From Candidatus Cloacimonadota bacterium (GTDB lineage Bacteria; Cloacimonadota; Cloacimonadia; G963667145), in NCBI GenBank assembly GCA_963676515.1, contig OY781061.1, forward strand, positions 758,630-822,629: DNA of 64,000 nt. Direction: 5' to 3'. The notes beneath the pieces are model-generated. The model worked only from the letters and a program-made list of their open reading frames with translations. It had not been told where the DNA came from and made no database searches. Positions 38,417-47,627 of the stretch are shown here, in pieces. The translations under genes and the position numbers were made by a program. Each line of letters opens with the position of its first letter. Position 1 is the first letter of the stretch.

Positions 38417-40630
38417 TTAATCTCTTTTTTTGTAGTCTCTTCTTGGTCTTCTGTCTCGGCTGTCTCGGCTATCGCGTCTATCGCCGGAAGGTCTCCTCTC
38501 AGTCCTTTTGTTGGGGTCTACCCCACAACTGGCTACTGTCGGGTTACCCTCTATGCCGTCCATAGCTAGGCTGATTTTGCCTTCCTTAAAGCCGACAAAG
38601 CGAACCTTGACCTTATCGCCAATTTTTACCAAGTCGGCAGGGTCATCCACGCGTGCGTTGTCCATTTTGGAGACATGCACCATACCTTGCTTGTTATACA
38701 TAAACTTCACAAAGGCACCGTAAGCCTCGACTCTGGTCACTTCGCCTTCATAGATTTTATCTCTTTCGGGGTCTTCCACAATGCTTTTCACGATAGCCAT
38801 CGCCTTGCTCAGAGCCTCAGCATCTGGCGAAGCGATAGACACTCTACCATCGTCGTCGATGTTGATATCCGCACCTGTAACCTCGATAATTTCTTTGATT
38901 ACCTTGCCACCAGCACCGATTACTTGGCTTATCTTGTCTTTGGCAACCATAATGCTCTCAATCTTCGGAGCGTACTTACTCAGCTCTTTCGATGGCTCAG
39001 AGATGCATTCCTTTATCTTGCCCAAGATGTGGAGTCTGGCGATTTTCGCTTTTTCCAGAGCCAACTTCATTATCTCTTTGGTAATTCCGTCTATCTTGAT
39101 GTCCATCTGAATAGCGGTGATACCGTCCTCAGTTCCAGTCACCTTGAAGTCCATATCGCCCAAGTGATCTTCCATCCCTTGGATGTCGGTGAGGATTACG
39201 AAATTCTCGCCATCCATCACAAGACCGTTAGCGATACCAGCCACAGCTTTTTTGATCGGCACACCTGCTGCCATCATCGCTGTACAGCAACTACACACAC
39301 TCGCCATAGAGCTAGAGCCGTTGGATTCCAAAATCTCGGAAACCGCTCTAATGGTGTAAGGGAAATCCTCACCATCTGGCATCACAGCGTACATCGACCT
39401 CTCAGCCAAGTGTCCGTGACCAAGCTCTCTTCTGCCCGGAGGACGCATAAATCCAGCCTCGCCCACACAAAATGGCGGAAAGTTATAGTGTAAAAAGTAA
39501 TTTTTGAAATGCTTCTCGCTCAAATCGTCTATCATTTGCTTGTCTCTAGGGCTACCCAAAGTTATCACACCCAAACTCTGTGTCTCGCCTCTGGTGAAAA
39601 GTGCCGAGCCGTGAGCTCTAGGCAATATGTCTTTTTCCACAGTAATCGGGCGAATTTGATCCAAACCACGACCGTCTGGACGACATCCAGCCAAAATCAA
39701 ATCGCGGACAATCTCTTTGAGGTATTTCTCAAAAGCGTCTTTGTAATCTGCTCCGCTCTCCAGAATCTCTTCCTCAGAAAGCTTCTCTTCCATCATCGTG
39801 ATAAGCTCTTGTTTGAGCTCTTTCAGAGCGTCATCTTTCGGCAATTTCTCGGTAATCTCGTTAGCTTTCTTTATCTTGTCGTAGAAATTGTCTTTCACGA
39901 AAGCCAGAGCTTCTTCTTTCAGCTCATGCACCTCAAAGACAAATTTCTCTTTGCTGCAATCTTTAGCGAACTCTTTTTGAAAAGCCACAATCTCTTTGAT
40001 CTTATCGTGAGCCATATAGATAGCGTCCAAAAGAACCTCTTCCGAAAGCTCCCAAGCACCTGATTCCACCATATTCACATTCTCGTATGTCCCCGAAACT
40101 GACAACTCCAACTCAGAGCCTTCTATCTGTTCTTTGTTGGGGAATACGACAAGCTCGTCTCCTTTTTTGGAAACGAAAGCTCCTGCTATCGGTCCTGCGA
40201 AAGGGATATCCGAGATAGTCAACGCGGCACTAGCGACGATTGAACCCAAAGAACCCAAATCGGCGTCTTCGTCGTAACTCATCACGGTCAGCACTACATG
40301 CACAGCGTTCTTGAACCCCTTAGGGAACAATGGACGCAATCCACGGTCTATCTCCCTTGCTATGAGTATCGAACTCACTGGAGGCTTAGACTCTCTCTTG
40401 AAAAATCCGCCCGGAATTTTGCCCGAAGCATACATCTTGGGGATAAAATCCACCGTAAGCGGGAAAAAGCCTTGCCCTTCCCTTGCTTGTTTTTCGCCAG
40501 TGGCTGCTGCCAAAATGACGGTTTCGCCATATGTTAGCAACACCGAGCCGTTAGCTTGTTTCGCCATTCTCCCTGTTTCTAGGGTCAGCGTTTTACCAGA
40601 AATCTCCATCGATTTTCTAATAATATTCAT
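38417..40630 (-). CDS. pnp: Polyribonucleotide nucleotidyltransferase (PNPase)
   Basis: 737 aa; two RNase PH domains, KH and S1 domains, and an Arg/Asp/Ser-rich C-terminal tail. Confidence 0.9.
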   Translation of the reverse strand: MNIIRKSMEISGKTLTLETGRMAKQANGSVLLTYGETVILAAATGEKQAREGQGFFPLTVDFIPKMYASGKIPGGFFKRESKPPVSSILIAREIDRGLRPLFPKGFKNAVHVVLTVMSYDEDADLGSLGSIVASAALTISDIPFAGPIAGAFVSKKGDELVVFPNKEQIEGSELELSVSGTYENVNMVESGAWELSEEVLLDAIYMAHDKIKEIVAFQKEFAKDCSKEKFVFEVHELKEEALAFVKDNFYDKIKKANEITEKLPKDDALKELKQELITMMEEKLSEEEILESGADYKDAFEKYLKEIVRDLILAGCRPDGRGLDQIRPITVEKDILPRAHGSALFTRGETQSLGVITLGSPRDKQMIDDLSEKHFKNYFLHYNFPPFCVGEAGFMRPPGRRELGHGHLAERSMYAVMPDGEDFPYTIRAVSEILESNGSSSMASVCSCCTAMMAAGVPIKKAVAGIANGLVMDGENFVILTDIQGMEDHLGDMDFKVTGTEDGITAIQMDIKIDGITKEIMKLALEKAKIARLHILGKIKECISEPSKELSKYAPKIESIMVAKDKISQVIGAGGKVIKEIIEVTGADINIDDDGRVSIASPDAEALSKAMAIVKSIVEDPERDKIYEGEVTRVEAYGAFVKFMYNKQGMVHVSKMDNARVDDPADLVKIGDKVKVRFVGFKEGKISLAMDGIEGNPTVASCGVDPNKRTERRPSGDRRDSRDSRDRRPRRDYKKRD

Positions 40631-40698
40631 TCTTTTCTCCTTGTGTTTTTGCCGACATCACGCCTTATCTTCGATTATTTAAAAGACAACAAGAAAAA

Positions 40699-40752
40699 AA
40701 GCAATAACCAAAAATTCTTTGTTTATTACAACCAAGAATTTTGATTATTGCT
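40699..40752 (-). promoter_or_regulatory. Long imperfect hairpin plus U tract between rpsO and pnp (terminator/RNase III-type leader structure)
   Basis: Minus RNA agcaauaaucaaaauucuu...aagaauuuuugguuauugcu followed by U7. Confidence 0.5.
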
Positions 40753-40843
40753 AAAAATCTGAATTTTGTCTTATTTTTCAAAAATTTACGGCGTTAAGTC
40801 GAACCTTTTTAAAATAATGAGAAAAGTAAAAGGTAAAACCCTT

Positions 40844-41113
40844 CTACTTCCTCAAACCTAATTTAGCTACTAAAGCTCTGTATCTTTCGATATCTTTACC
40901 TTTCAGATATTCCAAAAGTTTCCTTCTGCGTCCCACAAGTTTTAGCAAACCTCTTCTAGAGTGGTGATCTTTTTTGTGGATATCCAAGTGAGCGGTTATG
41001 TTCTTGATGTTGTTGGTCATCAGAGCTACTTGTACCTCTGGTGAACCTGTGTCTGTTTCGTGAAGTTTAAACTCTACCACGATTGCTTCTTTGGCTTGAT
41101 TAGTAAGTGCCAT
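40844..41113 (-). CDS. rpsO: 30S ribosomal protein S15
   Basis: 89 aa; typical S15 sequence. Confidence 0.9.
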   Translation of the reverse strand: MALTNQAKEAIVVEFKLHETDTGSPEVQVALMTNNIKNITAHLDIHKKDHHSRRGLLKLVGRRRKLLEYLKGKDIERYRALVAKLGLRK

Positions 41114-41277
41114 GTCAGCCTCCTTATTTGTATCTTTGCACCAACATTTCGCTATATCGTTTATGCGTCAACATAATAATTGCCTTTCGCCAAAAAAAAC
41201 ACCCTCTTAGTAAAATAGTAGTTGACATTTTTTTTATCTCATTTTTTTACTGAAACAATTAAACTGAGGAGAAGAAA

Positions 41278-41703
41278 ATGAAAAATTTCTTGAAAATGAT
41301 GTTGGTAATGGGTTTGATGGCTCTTACCGTGAGCGGGTGTAATATTTTTGGCAACGATGATGATGACGATGGAAAAGAAATATACGGAACTTGGATTTTC
41401 ATAGATGGAGACGCATCTGAAACTCTTGTCTTTTCTGAAACTTTCATCACTAGCACTATCGTAAGAACTAAAGGCACGCCATATTCGTTTGAAGTCTCAG
41501 CCTCTATCACATAGAATGATACATCTTCCCCTAAATCTTTTACTAGTAGCTTATTTAAAGCAAAAAAAAAAGAAACATCAAATTCTGAGTGGGAAGATGT
41601 AGAAATAGATTCTTCCTCAGTAACTAACACCTACTCTATCTCTGGAGAGAAATTAACTCTCTCGAATGAAGACGAAAAAGAAACTGTTTACACTAGACAA
41701 TAA
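41278..41703 (+). pseudogene. Small lipoprotein gene interrupted by an in-frame TAG (41512-41514). The downstream frame continues the same protein to a TAA at 41701.
   Basis: Signal peptide plus TVSGC lipobox. After the TAG the frame stays open for 62 codons. An A10 tract lies at 41562-41571. Confidence 0.45.
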
Positions 41704-41775
41704 TAACTAGCTGTAAAATTTCAAAGGCAACCTCACCGGTTGCCTTTTTTCTATTTTGTTAGCTTTCAAACTGTG

Positions 41776-42399
41776 TCAAACCAACTTTCCCCACCATCCT
41801 TCGGGATCCAAAGACCACAATTTTGCAGAATAGTATTCAATCTCACTTAGATATTGCTCTTCTTTTGCCAAAGATAAAAGCGTGGAGAAATCGCTCAGAG
41901 TCTCTATTTTGAGATTGCTTTCCAGAGCATTTTTTGCCGAACTCTTGAATTGGTAGGTAAAGATAGCCACAATTCTTTCGACGATAGCACCCTCTTTTGC
42001 TAAATTCTCAGCCGCCTTGATGCTACTACCTCCCGTGCTGATAAGGTCTTCTATCAAAATCACCTTTTTGTTGTTGACCTCGGCTCCTTCCACTACTTTT
42101 GCTTTGCCGTGTTCCTTTTTCTTGTTACGGACATAAGCAAGGGGCTTATTTAAGCGATCGGCGATAATAGCCGCCCAAGGGATGCCTGCTGTTGCCGTGC
42201 CACAGACAACATCAAAATCATAATTGCTTAGTTTTTCCAAAAAAAGCTCAACAACTCTATCTCTTTCCTTTTTCCCGATTAAAATTCTGTTGTCGCAATA
42301 GATGGGACTTTTTATCCCCGAAGCATAGGTAAAAGGGTTGTTTGCATCCAGTTTTACCGCCTTGGTTCGTAGCAGTATTTTAGCAATTTCTCGTTTCAA
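41776..42399 (-). CDS. pyrE: Orotate phosphoribosyltransferase
   Basis: 207 aa; the PRPP-binding motif VILIEDLISTGGS. Confidence 0.85.
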   Translation of the reverse strand: MKREIAKILLRTKAVKLDANNPFTYASGIKSPIYCDNRILIGKKERDRVVELFLEKLSNYDFDVVCGTATAGIPWAAIIADRLNKPLAYVRNKKKEHGKAKVVEGAEVNNKKVILIEDLISTGGSSIKAAENLAKEGAIVERIVAIFTYQFKSSAKNALESNLKIETLSDFSTLLSLAKEEQYLSEIEYYSAKLWSLDPEGWWGKLV

Positions 42400-43573
42400 A
42401 ATTTATCTCCTTTCCTTTATCATTACTGACTATTTTGCCATCTCTGCAAGCCACTTTGCCTGCCAAAATGACCATCTTCACGCTTCCTTTAACCTCAAAT
42501 CCGCTAAACGGAGTCCAGGCGGCTTTTGAAAGAATCTGCGAATCGGTAATTTTTTCCATTTTGTGCAAATCTATCATCACGATGTCTGCATCGTATGAGG
42601 GTGAAATCTTGCCCTTGTTTTTTATCCCAAAGATTTTTGCGGCATTGCCACTGGTGAGGTTTTGCAGTTGCTCCAAAGTGATGATCTTTTGCCTCCACAG
42701 TTTGAGCATCGAGGCTAAAATAGTTTGTGTGCCAGGCACTCCAAACGCTTTCCCGCTAAGCTTTTCTGCGTCTGTATGAGGTGCATGATCGCTACCGATA
42801 GCATCTATAAAGTGAAGCGATTTTCTTAAAAAATCTCTGTCTTGAGTAGTTCCCAGAGGTGGTTTCATATAGAGTTTTGGGGTTTGATTTTGCTTGCTAA
42901 AAAAAAGATGATGCGGTGTAGCTTCAATAAAAACATTTCTGTCCATTTTTTTTGCCTCAAGAGCTTTCTCCATTTCGTACTTTGAACTAATATGGCAAAT
43001 GTAAAGTTTATTGTATTTGTTGTGAAAGTTGAGAGCAAGGTCAACACTTTTTTCCTCGGCGTGAACACAAATAATCGGTGAATTTTTAAAGTAGTAGTCG
43101 AGTATCTTTTCATCTGTTTGTTGCAAACTGCCCGTAGTTGCATCAAAAAAAATCTTGGTAGAAGCAATGTTTTGAGGCAATTTCGGTAATTTTGCAGATG
43201 TTCCAAAGTGAAAACCAAAATTCACGAGCGATTTTTTCCCTGCTAACGCTATCTTGTCATCCAATCTTTTTTTGCTGTTGGTGGGCGGATTTGTGTTAGG
43301 CATATCCAAAAAAGTTGTCACTCCTCCTGCCAAAGCTGACATCGAACCTCTTGCGAAGCCCTCTTTGTACACAAACCCCGGCTCACGCATATGCACATGA
43401 GGGTCTATCAAGCCAGGTATTGCCAGAAAACCTTGGCAATCGATGATGGTAGCGTCGCCTTGTTGGACTTCAGGAGAAATTTGCGTTATTTTGCCATTTT
43501 CTAAGAGTATGTCCACTTCTTTGGTGTCGTTGCCAGAAGTGACTATGAGAGCCTTTTTTAGAAGCATTCTCAT
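42380..43573 (-). CDS. pyrC: Dihydroorotase
   Basis: 397 aa; amidohydrolase HxH (DPHVHMREPG) and a metal-binding Asp. Confidence 0.8.
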   Translation of the reverse strand: MRMLLKKALIVTSGNDTKEVDILLENGKITQISPEVQQGDATIIDCQGFLAIPGLIDPHVHMREPGFVYKEGFARGSMSALAGGVTTFLDMPNTNPPTNSKKRLDDKIALAGKKSLVNFGFHFGTSAKLPKLPQNIASTKIFFDATTGSLQQTDEKILDYYFKNSPIICVHAEEKSVDLALNFHNKYNKLYICHISSKYEMEKALEAKKMDRNVFIEATPHHLFFSKQNQTPKLYMKPPLGTTQDRDFLRKSLHFIDAIGSDHAPHTDAEKLSGKAFGVPGTQTILASMLKLWRQKIITLEQLQNLTSGNAAKIFGIKNKGKISPSYDADIVMIDLHKMEKITDSQILSKAAWTPFSGFEVKGSVKMVILAGKVACRDGKIVSNDKGKEINFETRNC

Positions 43574-43607
43574 TGCCTGCCGAGACCTACAAGAAAATTT
43601 CCTGGTG

Positions 43608-44297
43608 TCATTGATTTATCTCTTTCAATATTTCTTCCACAACCAAAACTGGGTCTTTTGCCTTAGTAATGGGACGCCCTATCACCATATAATCCACGCC
43701 GTTTTTGATCGCCCAAGCGGGAGTGACCACTCTTTTTTGGTCGCCTTGCTCGCCGCCTTGAGGTCTAATGCCTGGGCAAACTGTGATGAAATCATTCCCT
43801 AATTTTTCTTTGAGCATCTTTGCCTCTTTCGCCGAGCAAACAACACCATTTAAGCCAGCTTTTTTCAACACATTTGCCAAATTAAAAACTACTTCAGAAA
43901 GTTTTTTTTCTGTTCCAAACATCTCAAAAATATCGTCTTGATCCAAAGAAGTCAAAAGTGTAACGCCGATGACAAGGGATTTACTGCCTTTTGCCTCTTT
44001 TGCCACCGCCTTCATCATCTGGTAGCCACCCGAGGTGTGGACATTGAACATAAACAAATCTTTTGCAAGGGCAAATTTTGCCGCATGAAGCACGGTATTG
44101 GGAATATCGTGAAATTTTAAATCTAAGAAAACCTTTTTGTTTTTGCTTCGTAGATAGTCCAAAATTTCTCCGCCCGTGTTCAAAAAAAGCTCTAAGCCTA
44201 CCTTAAAAATCTCTATTTTACTCGAGAGCTTGTCGATACACTCTTTGGCTTGATTCATATCGGGAAAGTCCAACGCTACAATAATTGGGTTTTTCAT
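43608..44297 (-). CDS. pyrF: Orotidine-5'-phosphate decarboxylase
   Basis: MKNPIIVALDF...DLKFHDIPNT are OMP decarboxylase motifs. Start placed at the internal Met carrying this N-terminus. Confidence 0.8.
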   Translation of the reverse strand: MKNPIIVALDFPDMNQAKECIDKLSSKIEIFKVGLELFLNTGGEILDYLRSKNKKVFLDLKFHDIPNTVLHAAKFALAKDLFMFNVHTSGGYQMMKAVAKEAKGSKSLVIGVTLLTSLDQDDIFEMFGTEKKLSEVVFNLANVLKKAGLNGVVCSAKEAKMLKEKLGNDFITVCPGIRPQGGEQGDQKRVVTPAWAIKNGVDYMVIGRPITKAKDPVLVVEEILKEINQ

Positions 44298-44343
44298 TTT
44301 ATCTCCTGTTTTTTTGGTAATGAGATTCCTGGGCAAAGTTTCT

Positions 44344-45261
44344 CTATTGGTGACAAACTCCCACAATCTCTTGCAGATTTTTTAGTCCCTCGTTTTCGCA
44401 ATATTTTTGTAAATCTTGCAAAATTTTGCCAACCATAAGCGGCTCGCTTAAAAGCATCGTTCCGATAGAAACAGCATTTGCTCCCACAGCCATATACTCC
44501 AGCACATCTTTTGCATTTGCAATACCGCCAACTCCGATGATGGGCAAGTTCGTCACTTGCCTAGCTTGGTACACACATCTGAGTCCCACGGGTTTGATCG
44601 CAGGACCCGAGAGCCCTCCGAAGGTATTACCCAAGACTGGCTTTTTTTTGCCGATATCTACCGCCATGCCAAGAAGTGTGTTTATCAAGGAGATGCCATC
44701 TGCCCCGCCTTCCGCAGCTGCAAGGACGATCGCTTGCATGTCGGTAACATTGGGAGAGAGCTTCACAATCACGGGCTTGCTAGTGGCTTGCTTTACAGCC
44801 AAGGTGATGTCGTGAACCATTTTCGCTTGTGTCCCAAAACTCATTCCGCCACTTTTGACATTCGGGCAAGAAAGATTTAGCTCCAGAGCGACTATTTTTT
44901 TGTGCTTATCCAGCTTTTTTGCCAAAAGAACATACTCTTCTGGTGTGCTTCCGTTGATGTTCGCGATTACAGGAATAGAAATCTTAGCTTCTATTTCGGG
45001 CAAACTTTCTTTGATGAATTTGTCATACCCTAGATTTTCCAACCCCACAGAGTTGAGCATTCCGCTAGCAGTTTCTATCACTCTTTCGCCAGAATTTCCA
45101 TCTTTTGGTTTTAGGGTAAGACCCTTTAAAATAGTGCCACCGAGGATGTTGGGATCGAAATATTCCAAGTAGCTCAAAGAGTTGCCAAAACAACCAGAAG
45201 CTGACAATATCGGATTGCTAAATTTTAGATTGGAAAGAAAATCAACAGACAACTTAGTCAT
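44344..45261 (-). CDS. pyrD: Dihydroorotate dehydrogenase 1B catalytic subunit
   Basis: SNPILSASGCFG...NLSCPN are class 1 DHODH motifs. It is adjacent to pyrK. Confidence 0.8.
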   Translation of the reverse strand: MTKLSVDFLSNLKFSNPILSASGCFGNSLSYLEYFDPNILGGTILKGLTLKPKDGNSGERVIETASGMLNSVGLENLGYDKFIKESLPEIEAKISIPVIANINGSTPEEYVLLAKKLDKHKKIVALELNLSCPNVKSGGMSFGTQAKMVHDITLAVKQATSKPVIVKLSPNVTDMQAIVLAAAEGGADGISLINTLLGMAVDIGKKKPVLGNTFGGLSGPAIKPVGLRCVYQARQVTNLPIIGVGGIANAKDVLEYMAVGANAVSIGTMLLSEPLMVGKILQDLQKYCENEGLKNLQEIVGVCHQ

Positions 45262-46006
45262 AAAAGACCTCCTTATCCAAGAAAACAGGTCCGTCAAGGC
45301 AAACTTTCTTCATTCCATTTTTAGTTTTGATGGAGCAACCCATACAAGCTCCTGTGCCGCAAGCCATATTTTTTTCCAAAGAGACAAAATGGGGAATGCC
45401 AGAAATTTCTTTAGAAAGAGCTCTTAGCATCTGCTCTGGTCCACAAGAAAAAACGACAGCAAACTTTTCTTTCCCCAAAAGCTCCTTTAGAGGGGTCAAA
45501 ACACTTCCTTTAATCCCTGTAGAGCCGTCCTCGCTGGTGGTAATAATCTTGAGATTGTAGGGCAAAAAGGTGCGAACTATTTTCAGTTCTTTAGCACTTC
45601 TTGCTCCTGCGATCATCGTCAAAGCGTTGTCTTCTCCAAGCTGTTTGGCTACATACAAAAATGGAGCAATTCCCATTCCCCCAGCTACTAGGAGAATTTT
45701 CTTTTTGCTAAATTCCTTAAATCCATTGCCAAGAGGACCCTGAAGAGAGACAGCTTCACCACTCTTTAGCCTAGAGATTTTTTGGGTTCCTTCTCCTTTT
45801 ACGGCGTAATAAAAGAAAAGCGATTTCCCGTCATAAAGGTGAATGCTGATAGGTCGCCTGAGTGTCATCCCCGGAAGTTTGAAGAGATAAAACTGCCCAA
45901 TTTTGGGAAGAACAAGAGAACCCTTTGTCAACTTTAGGCGGAAAAGATTTTTCTCTATTTCTTCATTTTCTTGCACGATGAGATTTTCTATTTTGACCAA
46001 GTTCAA
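45254..46006 (-). CDS. pyrK: Dihydroorotate dehydrogenase electron-transfer subunit
   Basis: 250 aa; FAD/NAD-binding fold plus a C-terminal CxxGxCxxC...C iron-sulfur cluster motif. Confidence 0.8.
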   Translation of the reverse strand: MNLVKIENLIVQENEEIEKNLFRLKLTKGSLVLPKIGQFYLFKLPGMTLRRPISIHLYDGKSLFFYYAVKGEGTQKISRLKSGEAVSLQGPLGNGFKEFSKKKILLVAGGMGIAPFLYVAKQLGEDNALTMIAGARSAKELKIVRTFLPYNLKIITTSEDGSTGIKGSVLTPLKELLGKEKFAVVFSCGPEQMLRALSKEISGIPHFVSLEKNMACGTGACMGCSIKTKNGMKKVCLDGPVFLDKEVFYD

Positions 46007-46017
46007 CTCTCCTTTTT

Positions 46018-46479
46018 CTATTTTATTTTGATGTCGGCTATTTCTACCAATTTTTCACAGTAAAAACAGCGGTAATATTTTTTCCCGTCTTTCCCCGTTT
46101 CCAAGAGCAGCTTGCTATCCAGAGATTCATCTTCCATATTTGTGATACACCTAATATTGGAACAGGCGGCTAAATTATTAAGAGTTTTAGGAATATTGAG
46201 CTTGAACTTCTCTACTCTTTTGCCATTTTTGATGATATTAACGCTAGCCATTTCAGCTAAAAGCGAGATTTTATCTAACTCTTTTTTATTCAAAAAGGTG
46301 CCTTCAATTTTTATCATTCCTTTCTTGCCCATTTTTTTACTGGACAGATTCCCTGCGACGATTATAACATGTTGGCTTTTGGGAAGATCGAGTATTTGGG
46401 CAATCTTGAAAATAAGCTGACTAGGAAGATGATCGATCACAGTTCCATTTTGGATCGGCTTAATTTTGATGTTCATCAT
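46018..46479 (-). CDS. pyrI: Aspartate carbamoyltransferase regulatory subunit
   Basis: 153 aa; C-terminal zinc domain CxxxxC...CxYC. Confidence 0.8.
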   Translation of the reverse strand: MMNIKIKPIQNGTVIDHLPSQLIFKIAQILDLPKSQHVIIVAGNLSSKKMGKKGMIKIEGTFLNKKELDKISLLAEMASVNIIKNGKRVEKFKLNIPKTLNNLAACSNIRCITNMEDESLDSKLLLETGKDGKKYYRCFYCEKLVEIADIKIK

Positions 46480-47396
46480 TAGTTTCCTCCCTTTTTGTTC
46501 AATAAAAGTGCCAAGAGAGCCTGCCGCACGGGCACTCCATTTGCTGCTTGCTGGAAATATCTGGCATAAGGAGCCTCATCAAGGTCTTTGCTTATCTCTT
46601 TTACCCGTGGCAGAGGATGCATTATTATCATATCGGGCTTGCATTTCCCCTCGACTTTTTCTTTGTTAATAATATAAACATCTTTGATTTTGTTATACTC
46701 TTCAATATCTGGAAAACGCTCTCTTTGCACCCTTGTCATATAGACGATATCGACCTTTGGTATCGTTTCGGTGAGGCTTTTTGTGATGTGATAGGCGATG
46801 TTGGCGTCATCCAACTCTTGTATGATGTAGCTAGGCATCTTTAGGCTCTCTGGTGAAACGAAATACATTGTCGCCCCAAAAAGCTTCATCGCTTGTGCCA
46901 GTGAGTGGATTGTGCGTCCATATTTGAGATCTCCCACAAAAGCTATTTTCAGATTGTCAAGTTTCCCTTTTTCTTTTTGGATGGTGTATAAATCCAAAAG
47001 CGTTTGGGTCGGATGCTGATTCGCTCCATCTCCAGCGTTGATTACAGGCTTTTTTGAGATGCTAGAAGCCAGCTTTGCCGCTCCCTCGCTAAAGTGCCGA
47101 ATAACAATCAAATCGGAATAAGCTTCTGCCATTTTTATTGTGTCTGCCAAGGTCTCCCCCTTTTTGGCAGAAGTGCCCTCTTTGGAGTCGAAGCCGTGTA
47201 CTAAGGCTCCTAGTTTTTGAGCTGCAGAGATGAAAGAAAGTCTTGTCCGCGTAGAAGGTTCAAAAAAGAGCGTTGAAACTATTTTACCTTGTAATAAGTT
47301 TGGCTGTGGATTTTCTTCCAGCTCTCTGGCAAGATTTAAAATTTGGAAAATATCCTCTTTTTTAAGATTTCTTATAGTAATGATATCTTTTTTCAT
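46479..47396 (-). CDS. pyrB: Aspartate carbamoyltransferase catalytic subunit
   Basis: 305 aa; STRTR and HPLP motifs. Confidence 0.9.
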   Translation of the reverse strand: MKKDIITIRNLKKEDIFQILNLARELEENPQPNLLQGKIVSTLFFEPSTRTRLSFISAAQKLGALVHGFDSKEGTSAKKGETLADTIKMAEAYSDLIVIRHFSEGAAKLASSISKKPVINAGDGANQHPTQTLLDLYTIQKEKGKLDNLKIAFVGDLKYGRTIHSLAQAMKLFGATMYFVSPESLKMPSYIIQELDDANIAYHITKSLTETIPKVDIVYMTRVQRERFPDIEEYNKIKDVYIINKEKVEGKCKPDMIIMHPLPRVKEISKDLDEAPYARYFQQAANGVPVRQALLALLLNKKGGN

Positions 47397-47404
47397 AATT
47401 CTCC

Positions 47405-47436
47405 CTTTTTTTGCAAAAAAAAGGACAATAGCTATA
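47405..47436 (-). terminator. Intrinsic terminator in the pyrB leader (candidate attenuator)
   Basis: Minus RNA ggacaguag-uuauag-cuauugucc followed by U8. It ends about 15 nt before the pyrB RBS. Confidence 0.6.
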
Positions 47437-47627
47437 ACTACTGTCCTTTTTCAAAATGGTCGCCTTTTTTGTCTCAAAAAAATCTCCTGTTCTTTTTTGA
47501 ATATGAAAAATGAGCGGGGATTTTTGTCAAGGACTTTGGTCATTATCGTGAGAAGAGCAAATAGAGATTAAAAGCGTCAAAAAATGTCCAGCATTTAGGG
47601 TTCATCTCCCGCAGTTGCCTTTTTTTA

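Noticed and set aside
41259-41630. 123-aa minus-strand ORF overlapping the small lipoprotein gene
   Set aside because: It is antisense to a gene with signal peptide, lipobox and RBS, and has no features of its own.
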